A DNA stretch of 63,538 bases, the filler included, from Welwitschia mirabilis (lineage: Eukaryota): NCBI GenBank assembly GCA_051453625.1. It is 5 parts of one record of this genome, joined end to end, with 100 filler letters (N's around TTAATTAATTAA, not from the genome) between each part and the next. Parts side by side here need not be neighbours in the genome. Positions count along the whole stretch, not along the records: positions 1 to 22,582 come from JBOZIK010000001.1; positions 22,683 to 39,236 come from JBOZIK010000001.1; 3 more parts are not named here. The stretch is one strand, 5' to 3'. The notes beneath the pieces are model-generated. The model did not search any database, was not told where the DNA came from, and was given only the letters and a program-made list of their open reading frames with translations. The translations under genes and the position numbers were made by a program. The first letter of the stretch is position 1; each line of letters starts with the position of its first letter. Below are positions 11,629 to 25,800 of this stretch, one piece after another.

Positions 11629-14600
11629 TTTTCTTCATACTTGACTTTAAGCCCTTTCTAATTAAGGTTTTAAAAATTGGAAATTACATTTACTCTAAAA
11701 ACATCATATTATTTACTAGTAATAAGTCTTAGTTAGTGATAAGCACATGAAACCTTACATAGATAGATATTCACGTCAGATTGTGCTGTCCTTTAAGCTT
11801 ATTGTATAGTCTNNNNNNNNNNNNNNNNNNNNNNNNNNNNNNNNNNNNNNNNNNNNNNNNNNNNNNNNNNNNNNNNNNNNNNNNNNNNNNNNNNNNNNNN
11901 NNNNNNNNNNNNAGATTGTGCTGTCCTTTAAGCTTATTGTATCGTCTTTTAACTACCTTAACTCTAAAGTTTAGGTCATATGGAGAGTCATGTCTCTCTT
12001 AAGGAAAATTTTTTGAGGTGCTCCAAGGTTGAGACTCTTACGTATACCTTCATAATCAAGGGTAAATTAATTGAAGGCTAAAGGCACAACGGTCAAATCT
12101 ACTTGGATTTTATCACCAAGTTAATAGCAAGACATAAGTATAATCAATTTTAAAATTTATTAAGTTTGAGATATAAGTAGTGTATCAACATTGCATGGTA
12201 TTCTTCCTTAAGGGGATATATAAATGACTTGGACACCCCACTTAGGTAATTTACATTTTGTCTTTTTACTTCCTTAGGAGATAATGGTATACCATTGAAA
12301 AGGACATGATTACTACCTAAATTCAAGAGCAAACATAAAATTGAGCAATCTCAGCATTTTTATGACATGAATTAGATCTATTTCTTCATAAAATTTACAC
12401 TACACACATTAAGAAATTTTAATAAATTACTGTTGTTTTTATTTCATGTGTATAGGATTTAAATCATTTGAGGGATGGGTTCTAGCTTTATCATACTTTG
12501 TGTTTTGGACAGATTACTTGAATTATGAGAAGATCCCCTTTTGTTATGACTATACCTCTTTGTTGTAACCTTTGTCTTTCATTGTAACTAGGATAGATTA
12601 CTTGAAGCTATGGATAAGACCAGGATTCGTTTTCTTATGACTATACCATTGTCTTCATTTTTCCTTGTTTCCTTTGTGGATTTTGAGAAGATTTCTTTAT
12701 GTAATAGATATTTCGCTTTTAGTTATGGATGTGAGTAAGATTCATAGACTTTGTATTTAACTCATTACTTGTTAAAGTTATTTTATCTTTTCTTAGAATT
12801 TGTCATGGCTTCAACATTAAAAGGTCTATTCTAGATCTTATTAGATATCTTTACTCTAGTATTGATAATAGAAATCATAACTAATATTATGTTGAATTCA
12901 CACGATGATTAGAGTTGGGAGGAATGGAATGAAGACTTCATATATATAATGCAAATTTAAAAATTTGATATAGCACATGTTCCTCTTTAAAACTAGGACG
13001 AAGAAGATGCATGGAAATTCATTAATAGTAAGATCATAGAGATAACATGAAAATTAATAGATACTTTGCATAAAACATTGTTTGATAGAAGTAAGTTTAG
13101 TTATAACAACTAATGTACTTTGCAAGATATATTTTATGCAAATAATGATCTAGAATTGATCAACCTTATTATGAACATGAATAAACTTCATTATCAAAAA
13201 TACAAAATGCATTATCTCATAGCTTAGATGATAGATATTAAGATAAACATTACTGAGATGTGCCCAAATGATTAAGTATGCATTCATTATACCAACTTGA
13301 TTTGTTGCTATTTAGAGGATTTATCTATTCATAGCTACATTCTACCTCTTTATGAAAGCAAGTAGCTATAAAATTTAACATGATCAGTAAGGATCTTATT
13401 ATCGTAGATGAATAATTTAACTTTGCAGGACTTTTATCCTCTGATATAACATTTAAAGTTTCTCATTCTCATAGTCCTCTATGAAAAAACAAATAGCTTT
13501 TAAATAATGCTCATTAGCATAAGGATAAGTCTCATGATAAAGGAAAGGCTTCATAAAAACAATAATCTACTATACCATCTCCTCATAATTCATCTTAGAA
13601 AAAAAGAAACTAGATCTAAAAATTGCTACTCTAATATTAATGCTTATAGTATGAAAGACAAGGCCATACTATAGACTTTTATAGGATTTCTGAGGGAAAT
13701 ATCAAATATACTTCTAAGGTACATGTTGTAACTAAATAATCTAGTTTATTTAAAGATGCTAAATCTTTTGAAGCCAATGTAGTTTTTGAAAACTTTGATT
13801 TCATTGGTATGAGTGAGCACATACCTTAAGATGAGACATAAATTTTGACATAAGTGCAACTCATCATGTGACTCATAGGCTTGATTATTTTGATACCTCT
13901 ATTAAAGAATCAAGTCATATATATCTAGTAGATTGAATAATAGTTCTTATGGAAGGGTATATTTTAATTACCTTTGACTTAACATCACTCTCTATATAAA
14001 ACATTTACATGTTCCATATGTTCCTTTCTTGAGGTCACATCTTCTATCTCTTTCAACTTTGCTAAGAGAAGATCATTAACCTTTATGATGAAGCACTTTA
14101 TGAATATTTATAATTGGAAAAATTAGTTGACTATGAAATGCTACATAGATGAAAAATTTTTTCATCTTCAAGGATGTATCAGAATTCATGAAATAGCCTA
14201 CACAGTTACCTAGGATAATATTTCTCCATCATTTTTTGAGAACTTTGAATGCCATGTGTGAGAATGGTTATTATCTTCTTCTAGCAATTCCATGGAATTT
14301 TTTATAATGTGAAGCATTCATTATGAACAAAGTAACTAAACAACACTTTGCACTAAGTAAGTGATATGCAGATTATAAGTTTTTACTTATACATAGTGAT
14401 TTATGTGGTTTAATGTGAGTGTCCATCCTATAAGGCTATCAATACTTCATTTCATTTATTAATAATCATACTTAAATATTTTAGTTGTACTTTATTAAGG
14501 TCAAATCTAAAGCTTTAGATATCTTTAAAAAGTTAAAAACTAAGGTGAAAAACTAGGCCAATTGCAAGATTTAAGGATTTCACTCAGATAATGATGGTGA

Positions 14601-17258
14601 ATATACATTATCAAGTTCAAGGATTTTTTTTGTTTTGAAGGTATTCATCACTTAAAAACCTACCCCAAGAGGTCACAACAAATATAATTTTAGAGTAATT
14701 TAATTGTAGTATCATGGATATGATGCATTTCATGATGTATTTCAATGGCTATAAGACCTATCCTTGGGATGAAGTAGTGAATACAACTATGCATATTAAT
14801 AATCATATTGGTCGATATATTAAAAGGAAGTCTCTCTAGCCAAAAGGTGATTTGAGTATAAGTCGAAGTCAAATAATTTTTAGGTTNNNNNNNNNNNNNN
14901 NNNNNNNNNNNNNNNNNNNNNNNNNNNNNNNNNNNNNNNNNNNNNNNNNNNNNNNNNNNNNNNNNNNNNNNNNNNNNNNNNNNNNNNNNNNNNNNNNNNN
15001 NNNNNNNNNNNNNNNNNNNNNNNNNNNNNNNNNNNNNNNNNNNNNNNNNNNNNNNNNNNNNNNNNNNNNNNNNNNNNNNNNNNNNNNNNNNNNNNNNNNN
15101 NNNNNNNNNNNNNNNNNNNNNTGGATGCTCAATGTCCTATAGCTGAGGGAGAAGATACAACTACTAGTTATGCTTCAATTTCTTCTATTGATGTGACTTC
15201 TTTGCAACTTTATAAATTAAGCAATTTGATGTTCTAAGCATACTTAGATGGTTTCACTAGTAATTCAGTAGGTTCTTTAATTAAAAAATCTAATACTACT
15301 TAGATATGACATCAAAGTACTTGATTATATTATACTCTTTAAGATGTTCATGATGATAAGAATGGTAAAACTAAAACTAAACACGACTCTCATACATATT
15401 ATGATGATGAAGATGAGGAGCTTCACTTAATATTTAATGGTAAACTAACTTCTTTAAAAGACATCATTCTACATAATCAGTGGGTTCAAGCCCCTAAAAG
15501 AAGAATATTATATGTTTATAGAAGATGGCACATGAGAGTTGATTTATAAAATTAAGAAAATTATACAACATAAAGTTATTACACTAGTACATCCTTTGAT
15601 AGTAAAACCAATAACTAATACTTAAATAAAGATACTTAATTAAGAGAAGTTCTAGCAATTTCAATCCAACATTAGATTTACAATTAGTTGATTCAAACTC
15701 TTTCTTTCTTGTATATTATAAGCTTCATTTNNNNNNNNNNNNNNNNNNNNNNNNNNNNNNNNNNNNNNNNNNNNNNNNNNNNNNNNNNNNNNNNNNNNNN
15801 NNNNNNNNNNNNNNNNNNNNNNNNNNNNNNATATGCCATGTAAAGATCATGATAAATTTGGAGCACATGCTTGCATTGGCATTTTTGTGAGATATCTAGC
15901 TAACCCAAAGGGTTTTCAAGTGTATCTCCCAGAGCATCACAAGATAATTATTTCTCACGGTATCATCTCTTTAAAGAATTAAAATAATAATTCTCATCTT
16001 GATCCTTCAAAGATTTGTTTTTTCTTTAATTCAATAACCATATTGGATGCTCAATGTTCTACAGCTGAGGGGGGAGATAAAACTACTAGTTATGCTTTAA
16101 TTTTATCTATTAATATGAATTCTTTGCAACTTCATAAATTAAGCAATTTGATGTTCTAAGCATACTTAATCATAGTTTTACTAGTAATTCAGTAGGTTCT
16201 TTAATTAAAGAAGCTGGTGCTACTTAGATATGACATTAAAGTACTTGATTATATTGTACTCTTCAAGAGGTTCATGATGATAAGAATGGTAAAATTGAAA
16301 CACTAGTAACTTAGTAGGTTCTTTAATTAAATAAGCTGATACTACTTAGATATAACATCAAAGTACTTGATTATATTGTACTCTTTAAGATGTTCATGAT
16401 GATGAGAATGGTAAAATTGAAACTAAACACGACTCTTATACATTTCATGATGATGAAGATGAGAAGCTTCACTTAATCTTTGATGGTAAACTAACTTATT
16501 TAAAAGACATGATTCTACATAANNNNNNNNNNNNNNNNNNNNNNNNNNNNNNNNNNNNNNNNNNNNNNNNNNNNNNNNNNNNNNNNNNNNNNNNNNNNNN
16601 NNNNNNNNNNNNNNNNNNNNNNNNNNNNNNNNNNNNNNNNNNNNNNNNNNNNNNNNNNNNNNNNNNNNNNNNNNNNNNNNNNNNNNNNNNNNNNNNNNNN
16701 NNNNNNCTTTCCAAAATTGGATTTACAATGAGTTAATTTAAACTCTTTCTTTCTTGTATATTATGGGCTTCATTTGAGTCTTTGATTAAAGTCATTCATG
16801 ATCCTAGTACTACAGGATGTGCAATACAATGAGGACCTAGACTACAGTATATGTAGCACATGTTTTGGCCTAGTATCATGGGATGTATACTGCATGTAAT
16901 AAGCCTTATTTGATAAAAGATGTGTAGTGATAAATTGACTACTTCTTTAATGAAGTAGTTCCCTCACATGGCAAATGCTTTAAGAATGTTTTATTATAGG
17001 CTACATTACTAAGGTTTTCCCTTGACAACTCTGGTTTTCTCTTGGAAGAGAGTGTATTCCCACATTGGGGGGGAAGGTAGGGGGATTACTAAGATTTACA
17101 TGCACATGATGGTCCTACATTTAAGAATGCGTGAAAACCTTGGTTAAATCCTAATGATATGCTTACCTTTATAAGTAAGCTCTTCAATGTAATAAGCAAA
17201 AAGGAAAAATAAAATTTCAGTTTAAAAAATCTTGCTCATGCTCTTCTACTTACCAGCA
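11629..17258 (+). mobile_element. Short-LTR Ty1/copia derivative, copy 2 (5'-truncated; gag-protease-integrase relic, RT core deleted)
   Basis: The leader is homologous to 6120-7030 and the probable gag ATG is at 12805. Integrase motifs LIHSDLCG, YQYFISFINNHT and FHSDNDGEY lie at about 14385-14545, with a DKFGAHACIGIFVRY SH3-like segment at about 15850. It has the same RT/RNaseH fusion at about 15544, a PPT at 17066-17085 and an LTR at 17087-17258. Confidence 0.75.
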
Positions 17259-18290
17259 TCTAGAAGAATCTCATTTGTGACTTTAGTAAAAATATCTTAA
17301 CTCAACAATTGGAATTCCCCTATTCATAAATGAAAAGGTGGAAAAGATAGAAGACTTATTCTTCTAGTTCATGAATTATGTAAAAAATCCATTGATAAGC
17401 ATGAAATTCTGGACTAATCCCTTATTAGGATTTTTTGGAAGAACCACCACATTAATTTAACCTGTAATGGTGAATTTAAAAGTAAATAACGTGGAAAATG
17501 TTAAAAATAGGAATGGGTATTTATTCCTATTGCATACTATATGTAATAATATCTACGCTTATAATGTGGTATAAACCCTTACTTAAAGATAGGGATTAGG
17601 ATTTTTCTAATTAATAATTAAGCTCATCATATAACATTTGATTATTATTTTACATTTATTTCCAAAGAATTTATAACCTTGTTAAGTTATAAACTTACTA
17701 ACTAAAATTGAATCCCACAAGATGTTAATTAATCCATTACACTTGGAAAATTGTAATACAATTGATGCATTAACAATAATAAATAAGAAAAAGGAGAGGT
17801 AAAAATAAATAAAGAAAGAAAATAGAGTACCTAAAGGAAAAACTTAATCCTAAACTAACAAGTGGTCAAGAAGCCTTACATGATTACATAACACTACTCA
17901 TAGTATACCTACATTACGAGACAAGTCTATAGAAACTGTGCTTCTATCGTATGGACCAACATATGTTCAAAGGTTTAAAACTTTTTATTTTTTAATTTTT
18001 AACAAAAATGAAAGCATTTCCAACAAAAGAAAAAAAATTTCTCATCATATAGCACATGTTTTTCCTTTTACATTTATTAATAAATAACTTATAACTATAT
18101 TAAGTTATAACCTTACTAACTAAAATTAAAGTCTGTAGGACATCAATTAATTTATTAAGTTTTAAAAATCATGATTACAACAAGTAGATANNNNNNNNNN
18201 NNNNNNNNNNNNNNNNNNNNNNNNNNNNNNNNNNNNNNNNNNNNNNNNNNNNNNNNNNNNNNNNNNNNNNNNNNNNNNNNNNNNNNNNNN

Positions 18291-19640
18291 CTCTTTCTTT
18301 CTTGTATATTATAAGCTTCATTTGAGTTTCTGATTAAAGTCATTCATGATCCTAGTACTACAATATGTGCAGTACAATTAGGACCTAGAGTATAGTATAT
18401 GTAGCACATGTTTTGACCTAGTATTATGGGATGTGTAATGCATATAATAAGCCTTATTTACTACAACATGTGTAGCAATAAATCCCTCATATGGCAAATC
18501 CTTTGAGAAGGTTTTATTATAGGCTACATTTCTAAGATTTTTCCTTAAGAACTTTGGTTTTCTCTTGGAATAGGGTGTATTCCCACATTAAGAGGGGGGA
18601 TTACTAAGTTTTATATGCATACCATGGTCCTACACCTAGGGATGTGTGAAAATCCTGGTGAACCCCTAATGATATGCTTACCTATATAAGCAAGCTCTTC
18701 AATGTAATAAGCAAAAATAAGAAATAAAATTTCAGTTTAGGAAATATTTCTCATGCTCTTCTACTTACCAACATCTAGAAGAATCTCATTTTTTACTTTA
18801 GTAAAAATATCTTAATTCAACAATTGAAATTCCCCTATTCATAAATGAAAAGGTGGAAAAGATAGAAGAATCATTCTTCCAGTTTATGAATTATGTAAAA
18901 AAGCCATCAATAAGCATGAAATTATAGATTAATCCCTTATTAGGATTTTTTGGAAGAACCACCACATTAAGTTAACCTGTAATGGTGAAGTTAAGAGTAA
19001 ATAACATGGAAAATGNNNNNNNNNNTACTTATAATGTGGTATAAATCCTTACTTATTTAGAATTTTTCTAATTAATAATTAAGCTCATCATATAACATGT
19101 GATTATCATTTTACATTTATTGACAAAGAATTTATAACTTTATTAAGTTATAAACTTACTAACTAAAATTAAATCCCATAAGATATTAATTAATCCATTA
19201 CACTTGGAAAATTGTAACACAATTGATGCATTAACAATAATAACTAAGAAAAAGGAGGGGTAAAAATAAAGAAAGAAAAAACTAGAGTACCTAGAGAAAA
19301 ACCTTAATCCTAAACTAACAAGTGGTCAAGAAGCCTTACATGATCACATAACACTACTCGTAGTATAACTACATTAAGAGACAAGTCTAACTATGCTTCT
19401 ATCGTATGAACCAACATATGTGCATAGGTTTGAAACTTTTTATTTTTTAATTTTTAACAAAAATTAAAGCATCTCCAACAAAAGAAAAAATTTTCTCATT
19501 ATATAGCACATGTTTTTCCTTTTACATTTAGTAATAAATAACCTATAACTGTATTAAATTATAACCTTACTAACTAAAATTAAAGTCTATAGGACATCAA
19601 TTAATCTATTAAGTTTCAAAAATCATGATTACAATAAGTA
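18291..19640 (+). repeat. Diverged duplicate of about 16743-18190 (3' UTR, PPT, LTR 18602-18773 and the same flanking DNA)
   Basis: Colinear similarity across a 100-N gap, including the junction taccaRca|tctagaagaatctcatt. Confidence 0.85.
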
Positions 19641-19779
19641 GGTACCTAAGCTTATACATTGATAACAATAATTATTAAAAAGGGAATATGGGGAAAGGGT
19701 GGGGAGAGGAAAAAATAACCTAGAGTACCTATACAACAACCTCAATTCTAAACTAATAGGTGGCTAGGAATTCTTACAT

Positions 19780-22480
19780 GATAACTGTCCATTCTTCTTG
19801 TAAACTTTTCCTTGCTAAATTAAGAGGTGCTTAGGCTACTCCATATTAGCTAATTTTTGGACTATTAAAATTTCAATCTAATAAGTATATGTATTGGGAT
19901 CTTTGCAAACTTGAATTGTGGATGCAATGTACTGAACCTCTATCATAGCATTCTAAGATAATTTTGATATCATGTGTACATTTGTTAAAACATTCTTTAT
20001 GCTATTATAAAACATTGAATTCTTTATCATATGAATAGCCAATTAATTATCCACATATAATTTTGACTCCTTTTTATGAAAGGTTTAGAAAATTTAATAG
20101 CTTTTACATCTAAATCACTTCCTTGCTTGTATCAAATGCTATCAAGTACTTTACTTTAGCTAATAAATCCATTACACTNNNNNNNNNNNNNNNNNNNNNN
20201 NNNNNNNNNNNNNNNNNNNNNNNNNNNNNNNNNNNNNNNNNNNNNNNNNNNNNNNNNNNNNNNNNNNNNNNNNNNNNNAGATAAATAAACTTACACATTG
20301 ATAACAATAATTATAAAAAAATGAAGATGCGGGAATGGGTGGAAAGAGGAAGAAATAACCCAGAGTACCTAGGCAAAAACCTCAATCCTAAACTAATAGT
20401 TGGTTAGAAATTCTTACATGATAAGTGTCTATTCTTCTAGTAAATTTTTCCTTGCTAAATAAAGAGGTGTTTAGGCTATTCAATCTTATCTAATATTTGA
20501 ACTATTAAAACTTTAATCGAATAAGTATATTTATTAGGATGTTTGAAAACTTGAATTATGGATGCAATGTACTAAACATCTATCATAGCATTCTAAGATA
20601 ATTCTGATATCATGTGTACATTTGTTAAAATATTTTTTATGCTATTATAAAACATTGAATTCTTTATCATAGGATAATTAACTAATTATTCACATATAAT
20701 TTTAACTCCTTTCTATGAAAGGTTTAGAATATTTAATAGCTTTTACATCTAAATCACTTCCTTGCTTGTGTCAAATGCCATTAAATACTTTACTTTAGCT
20801 AATAAATCCATTATACTATTCTATCATTTGCATCTTTATAAAATGGATGAATATCCTAAGAACATTAGATATCTATTGGTAAACTTCCTTTTATCATGAT
20901 AATCACTACAGTCCAAATCTAAGAATGCTTTAAATTTGAAGTTTTCATCTTTGTAAGTAGTAGTTCAAGATCCTTCATTTCTTTTAGAAACCTTAAAATG
21001 TTAATAGTGTTATTTAAATGATTTATTTTAGTTTATCCCTACATCTTGCTAATATTCCAACTACATGTGAAATGTTAGTACTAGTATTTATCACATAAAT
21101 TGAAATTCCTACTAATATTTGATATGCTAAATCATTGACATTTAGTGATTGTTCATTAATAATTAGCTTCAAATTCTATTTTTTTGTTGTAGAAACTACG
21201 ATTATATTCTCCATGCCAAAGTTTTCCAATACATCATTAATGTAATGTAAATGATTTAAGAAAATTTTATTATTTCCTTAAGTCTTTTTAATATTCAAGT
21301 AATACTTCATTACTCCCAAATAACGTATGTTAATTTTTTTGTATAAGTTGATTTTTTACCTTCATAATGTACATTTCATTTATCTTGGTGATTAAAACGT
21401 TATCCACAAATACAATGAGATATATGATCTTACATTCCTTACATTTCATGATTAGTATAGCATTAATATATTTTCATTCATGCATATTAAAGTATATTTT
21501 TAAGGTATTTTCTAACCCATATGCCATGCATGTCATGCCTGTTACAGAGTATACAATGATTATGTTAGTTTACATATCTTCTTCTATTGTTCCTTCATCT
21601 TGAAACCTTTAAGTTAATCATATAAANNNNNNNNNNNNNNNNNNNNNNNNNNNNNNNNNNNNNNNNNNNNNNNNNNNNNNNNNNNNNNNNNNNNNNNNNN
21701 NNNNNNNNNNNNNNNNNNNNNNNNNNTAATCATATAAATCTATTCCTTAAGATATACATTTAGGAATACTATTTTTACATTAACCCTAAGGCTTTTCTAG
21801 TCTTTTTGTGCTATTAGTTTAATCAAGATTCTTAGTCTACTTATTTACTATTGATACAAAAAATTTTGTATAGTCTAATCTATGTTTCTATGTAAAGTAT
21901 CTTATAACCAATGTATCCTTTTAATTATTAAGTATTTCATTAGCCTTGTACTTATTCCAAAACATTCACTTATGTCTTGCCATTCTTTTACCTATTGGTA
22001 AGTCTACAAGAGTACAAGTGGTGTCCTATATTAAAGACTAGTATTTCATGCTCATTGCATGCCTCTATCTTGAGTAATTTACTATTTTTTAAAATGTTTC
22101 TCTTTTACTACTATAATTAAGGCAAAATTCTATAGGACCTATTTGGTATCAACATCTTGAGCCTTCCTTACTTTGATGAATCACACTTCCTTACTTAATA
22201 TCTAATTAGAATTATAAGACTAAAAGTGCCCTCTTGACTGTGTAAGCTTAAATTTTTCTTCACTTGCATTATTTACTTTAGTTGTGAAGCATCTTGCTAT
22301 TAGGTTAATCCAAATTCAAGTAATTAATAAAATCACTTATGCATAAATTTATGGATTTGAGCATAGGTCCTCATATTTAGAGGATGACTCTTCCACACTA
22401 AATACTAGATGTTTCACCTCCTAATTATCTATTGATTATAAACCAAATTACCAATAAAAGTAGTGATACATGTAAATATG
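19780..22480 (-). pseudogene. Highly degenerate Ty1/copia RT-RNaseH
   Basis: Minus-strand translation gives TLVDLPIGKRMA..KYKAN (about 21940-22020), EGTIEED (about 21590), IIYLIVFVDNVLIT (YVDD motif, about 21390-21430), DKRKFTNRYLMFLG (about 20860-20900) and YLMAFDTSKEVI (about 20750-20790). The RNaseH end is duplicated at 19780-20178. Confidence 0.75.
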
Positions 22481-22582
22481 TAATTATAAGGCTTAAAAAA
22501 ATTCATAAAGCTCAAATTTAAAAGATTTTTAAAGTGAAATGAATACTAAAAAAAATTTAAACCGATAGACAGAAGCAGTGGG

Positions 22583-22682
22583 NNNNNNNNNNNNNNNNNN
22601 NNNNNNNNNNNNNNNNNNNNNNNNNNTTAATTAATTAANNNNNNNNNNNNNNNNNNNNNNNNNNNNNNNNNNNNNNNNNNNN
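22583..22682. other. Artificial scaffold-joining spacer
   Basis: 44 N + TTAATTAATTAA (22627-22638, stops in all six frames) + 44 N. Confidence 0.95.
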
Positions 22683-22869
22683 CAGATTCCATGCCCCAGG
22701 CATAGAAGACAGGACATTTCCATGCCCAAATCTTGTCCCCTCCAATACCTTCCTCCCTCGCTAGCACCTTCAAGACCCCTGGGACTCCGGGTTCCCCTCT
22801 GATGATTGATTCTTCACTTCTTAGTACTAAAATCAAGTTTCTCCTTCACTTCTCGCTAGCGAAGAGATC

Positions 22870-25800
22870 TTGAATTCTAACAGGATAGTGACTAAAGCTA
22901 GGGTTCTTTGTAGAATGCTGAAGGAGAGGTAGGGTCAACCTACCAGTATGAGCAAATATTATACCGTGGATAGGATCTTCAAGATGAAGATGTAGGAATG
23001 CGCCTCATTGCAGAATCACTGGACATCATGAATGGTGTGTTTGCTCAAGTGGGAGAATTGGCCATTGATTTTAAAAGAGATCTCAAGGTTTGTGCCTTAT
23101 TGAGTTCTTTCCCTAATTCGGGGAGACTATGAGAACAACCTTGACTATTGCATCTAAGAGTTTGCCTGGTTATGATACAGTAATTGCGAAGCCCATAGAT
23201 GGGGAAATACAACATAGATCCATGGATGCTAGTAGCCTCAACTACTAGAGAGGCTTTGAATGCCAGGAGAGGCCATTCGTAAGTCACAGGTGGAAAACGT
23301 GAAGCAAGTCAGAGTAGAGGGATATCTGTTGGTACAGGACTAGTTTGTTGGCACTATAAGAAGGGAGGCCACCTTTTGAAGGAATATCGTGTTCTGAAGA
23401 ACAAAAGAAGGGAGACGAGGTTAGAGAGTCTGGCAAAGCTGAGGTTGCTTTAGATGGTGAACTAGCTGTTGTTTTGGTCACTGTTGAACTTGCAATTAAT
23501 ACTTCCAGATACACTGGTCCGGATATCTGGATTGTTGATTCCAAAGCTTCTTTCCACTTCTCTCCTTCCAAAGAATATTTCTCTGAATATAGATGGGTTG
23601 CTAGGCAGCGGATTTATTTAGGGGATGATGAGAGTTTCCAACATTGATGGAGTTGGTACTATGATCCTAGAATAGGACGGAAGCTAGAGCCTCACATTGA
23701 GAAACATACATGTTTCCAAGTTGGCTAAGAATTTGATTTCTTCTGGCTAGGTGGATGATCTTGGCTGCAAAATTGTGCGTGAAACTAGCAGATGGAAGGT
23801 TAACAAAGGAGTCATGACCCTATTGCAGGGAAAGAAGGAAGGCATCTTGTATATTCTCAGAGCGAAGGCTATTAGTGGTACCGTGGTTATTGCTTCTATA
23901 GATGAGATTTTCTTATGGCATTAATGACTAAGCCACTTGAGTGCTACTAGGATGAAGGTATTATTTTTGGAATTACTTCTCCCCAGTTTTTCTTCTGTTT
24001 CTCTTGATTATTGTCATGATTGTGCTATTAGCAAAAATAGATGTGTGAATTTTAAGAGAAATCGTATGTGTAGAAATGTAGGAAAGCTTGCCGTCATCTA
24101 TTCTGATGTTGTTGGTCCCATGTCTATTACTTCTTTGCATGGATTTGTGTATTTTATTTCTTTTATAGATAGATTTAGTAGGAAGACATGGATTTACTTT
24201 ATGCATTCCAAAAGTTAGGCTTTGAGTACATTCTAAAAATTTAAGGTTCGGGTTGAAAATGAATCTAGAAGAAAAATCAAATGTGTGGTGACTGATAAAT
24301 GGAGGTGAATATACCTCGCATGAGTTTGCTGTGTTTTGTCAGGAAGCAAGAATTCAGCATATGTTGGCTCCACCTGGTACTCCTCAAAACGACAGGATAG
24401 CTGAAAGATATAACAAAACTATCCGGGACAAAATTAGATCTATGCTATCCTCATCTGGAATGCCTAAAACATTTTGGGCAGAGGCTGCTAAGACAACTAC
24501 GTACCTGATCAATAGATCATCACATTCAGAAATCTCTCTGGAGTGGGAGCTTGGTGAGTCTTTCACATTTGAGGATTGATGGTGATGTAGCTTATGGGCA
24601 CTTACAAGGGATAGGGAAGTTGGCTGATAGAGGCAGGAAATGCATTTTCTTGAGTTATGGTGGTGATAACTTTGTATACAGGCTCTAGGATCCTGTGGCT
24701 CATAAAATTGTGAGGTTACATGATGTTGACTTTGTCGAAAACATGATGTTTTTCAGGGCACAGGAGAGTAATTAGAGTGAGGGAAGCTTTGATTCTTGCA
24801 CCCAACGAAGGCCTAGAGGAGTTGAGAATGATCACGCTGATGACAGAATTCAGTAATAGACAAAGAGCTCAAGTTCCAGCTCTAATGAGTCTGGTTCAGA
24901 TGTTGGATCTGATTGGATTGGTAAAAATGTTGGAGAAAGTTCTAATGACGAAGCAGTAAATCAGCAACATTGAGTCACAAAATCGACTAGAGTGGGTAGA
25001 CCACTAGAATGGCATTCTCTATCTTTGCATTATGTTTTGTATGCTGACAATGGAGAACTTGAAACTTATGTAGAAGCCATCTCTTCCTTTGAGTCCAAAG
25101 AGTGGAAAGCTGTAATGGATGAAGAGATGAAGTCCTTGGAGATGAACAAAACATGGAATTTGATGCCCTTGCTAGAAGGAAATAAGGCTTTGAAATGCAA
25201 ATAGTTCTATGTCCTAAAACCTAAGGCTGATGGTTCTAAACATTACAAAGCAAGGCTGGTTGTTAAAGGATTTAGTTAAAGTGTTGGCATTGATTTCATT
25301 GAGATTTTCTCTCCAGTTGTTAAGCACAGTTATATATGTATTTTATTGTCATCTGTTGCCACACTTGATTTGGATTTGGAACAACTAAATATAAGAACTG
25401 CTTTTCTCATGATTTGGAAGAAGAGATCTATATGCACTATTTAGGTGCCAGAGGGGTTGGATGTTGGAAAGAAAAACATTGTGTGCAGGTTGAGAAAGTC
25501 TTTTTATTGCCTAAAACAAGCACCTTGCCAATGGTACAAGAAGTTTGATGACTTCATCGAAGCGTAGGGATACCCCAAATCTGATTATGATTACTGTGTC
25601 TACCTGAACATTGGGAAATTAGGTAAGCATGTTATCTTGATGCTTTACGTTGATGACATGCTTTTGGCCGGAAATGATAGGAGGGAGATGAAATGTTTGA
25701 AGGATGAGATGTCTAGATCCTTTACCACTAAGGATCTTGGGGCTGCTGAGACAATCCTTGGCACGAGGATTACCAGAGACAAGTCTAACAGGAAGTTGTG

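Noticed and set aside
22627..22638. TTAATTAATTAA as a biological palindrome or regulatory site
   Set aside because: It is always centred between exactly 44 N on each side, so it is an assembly linker.
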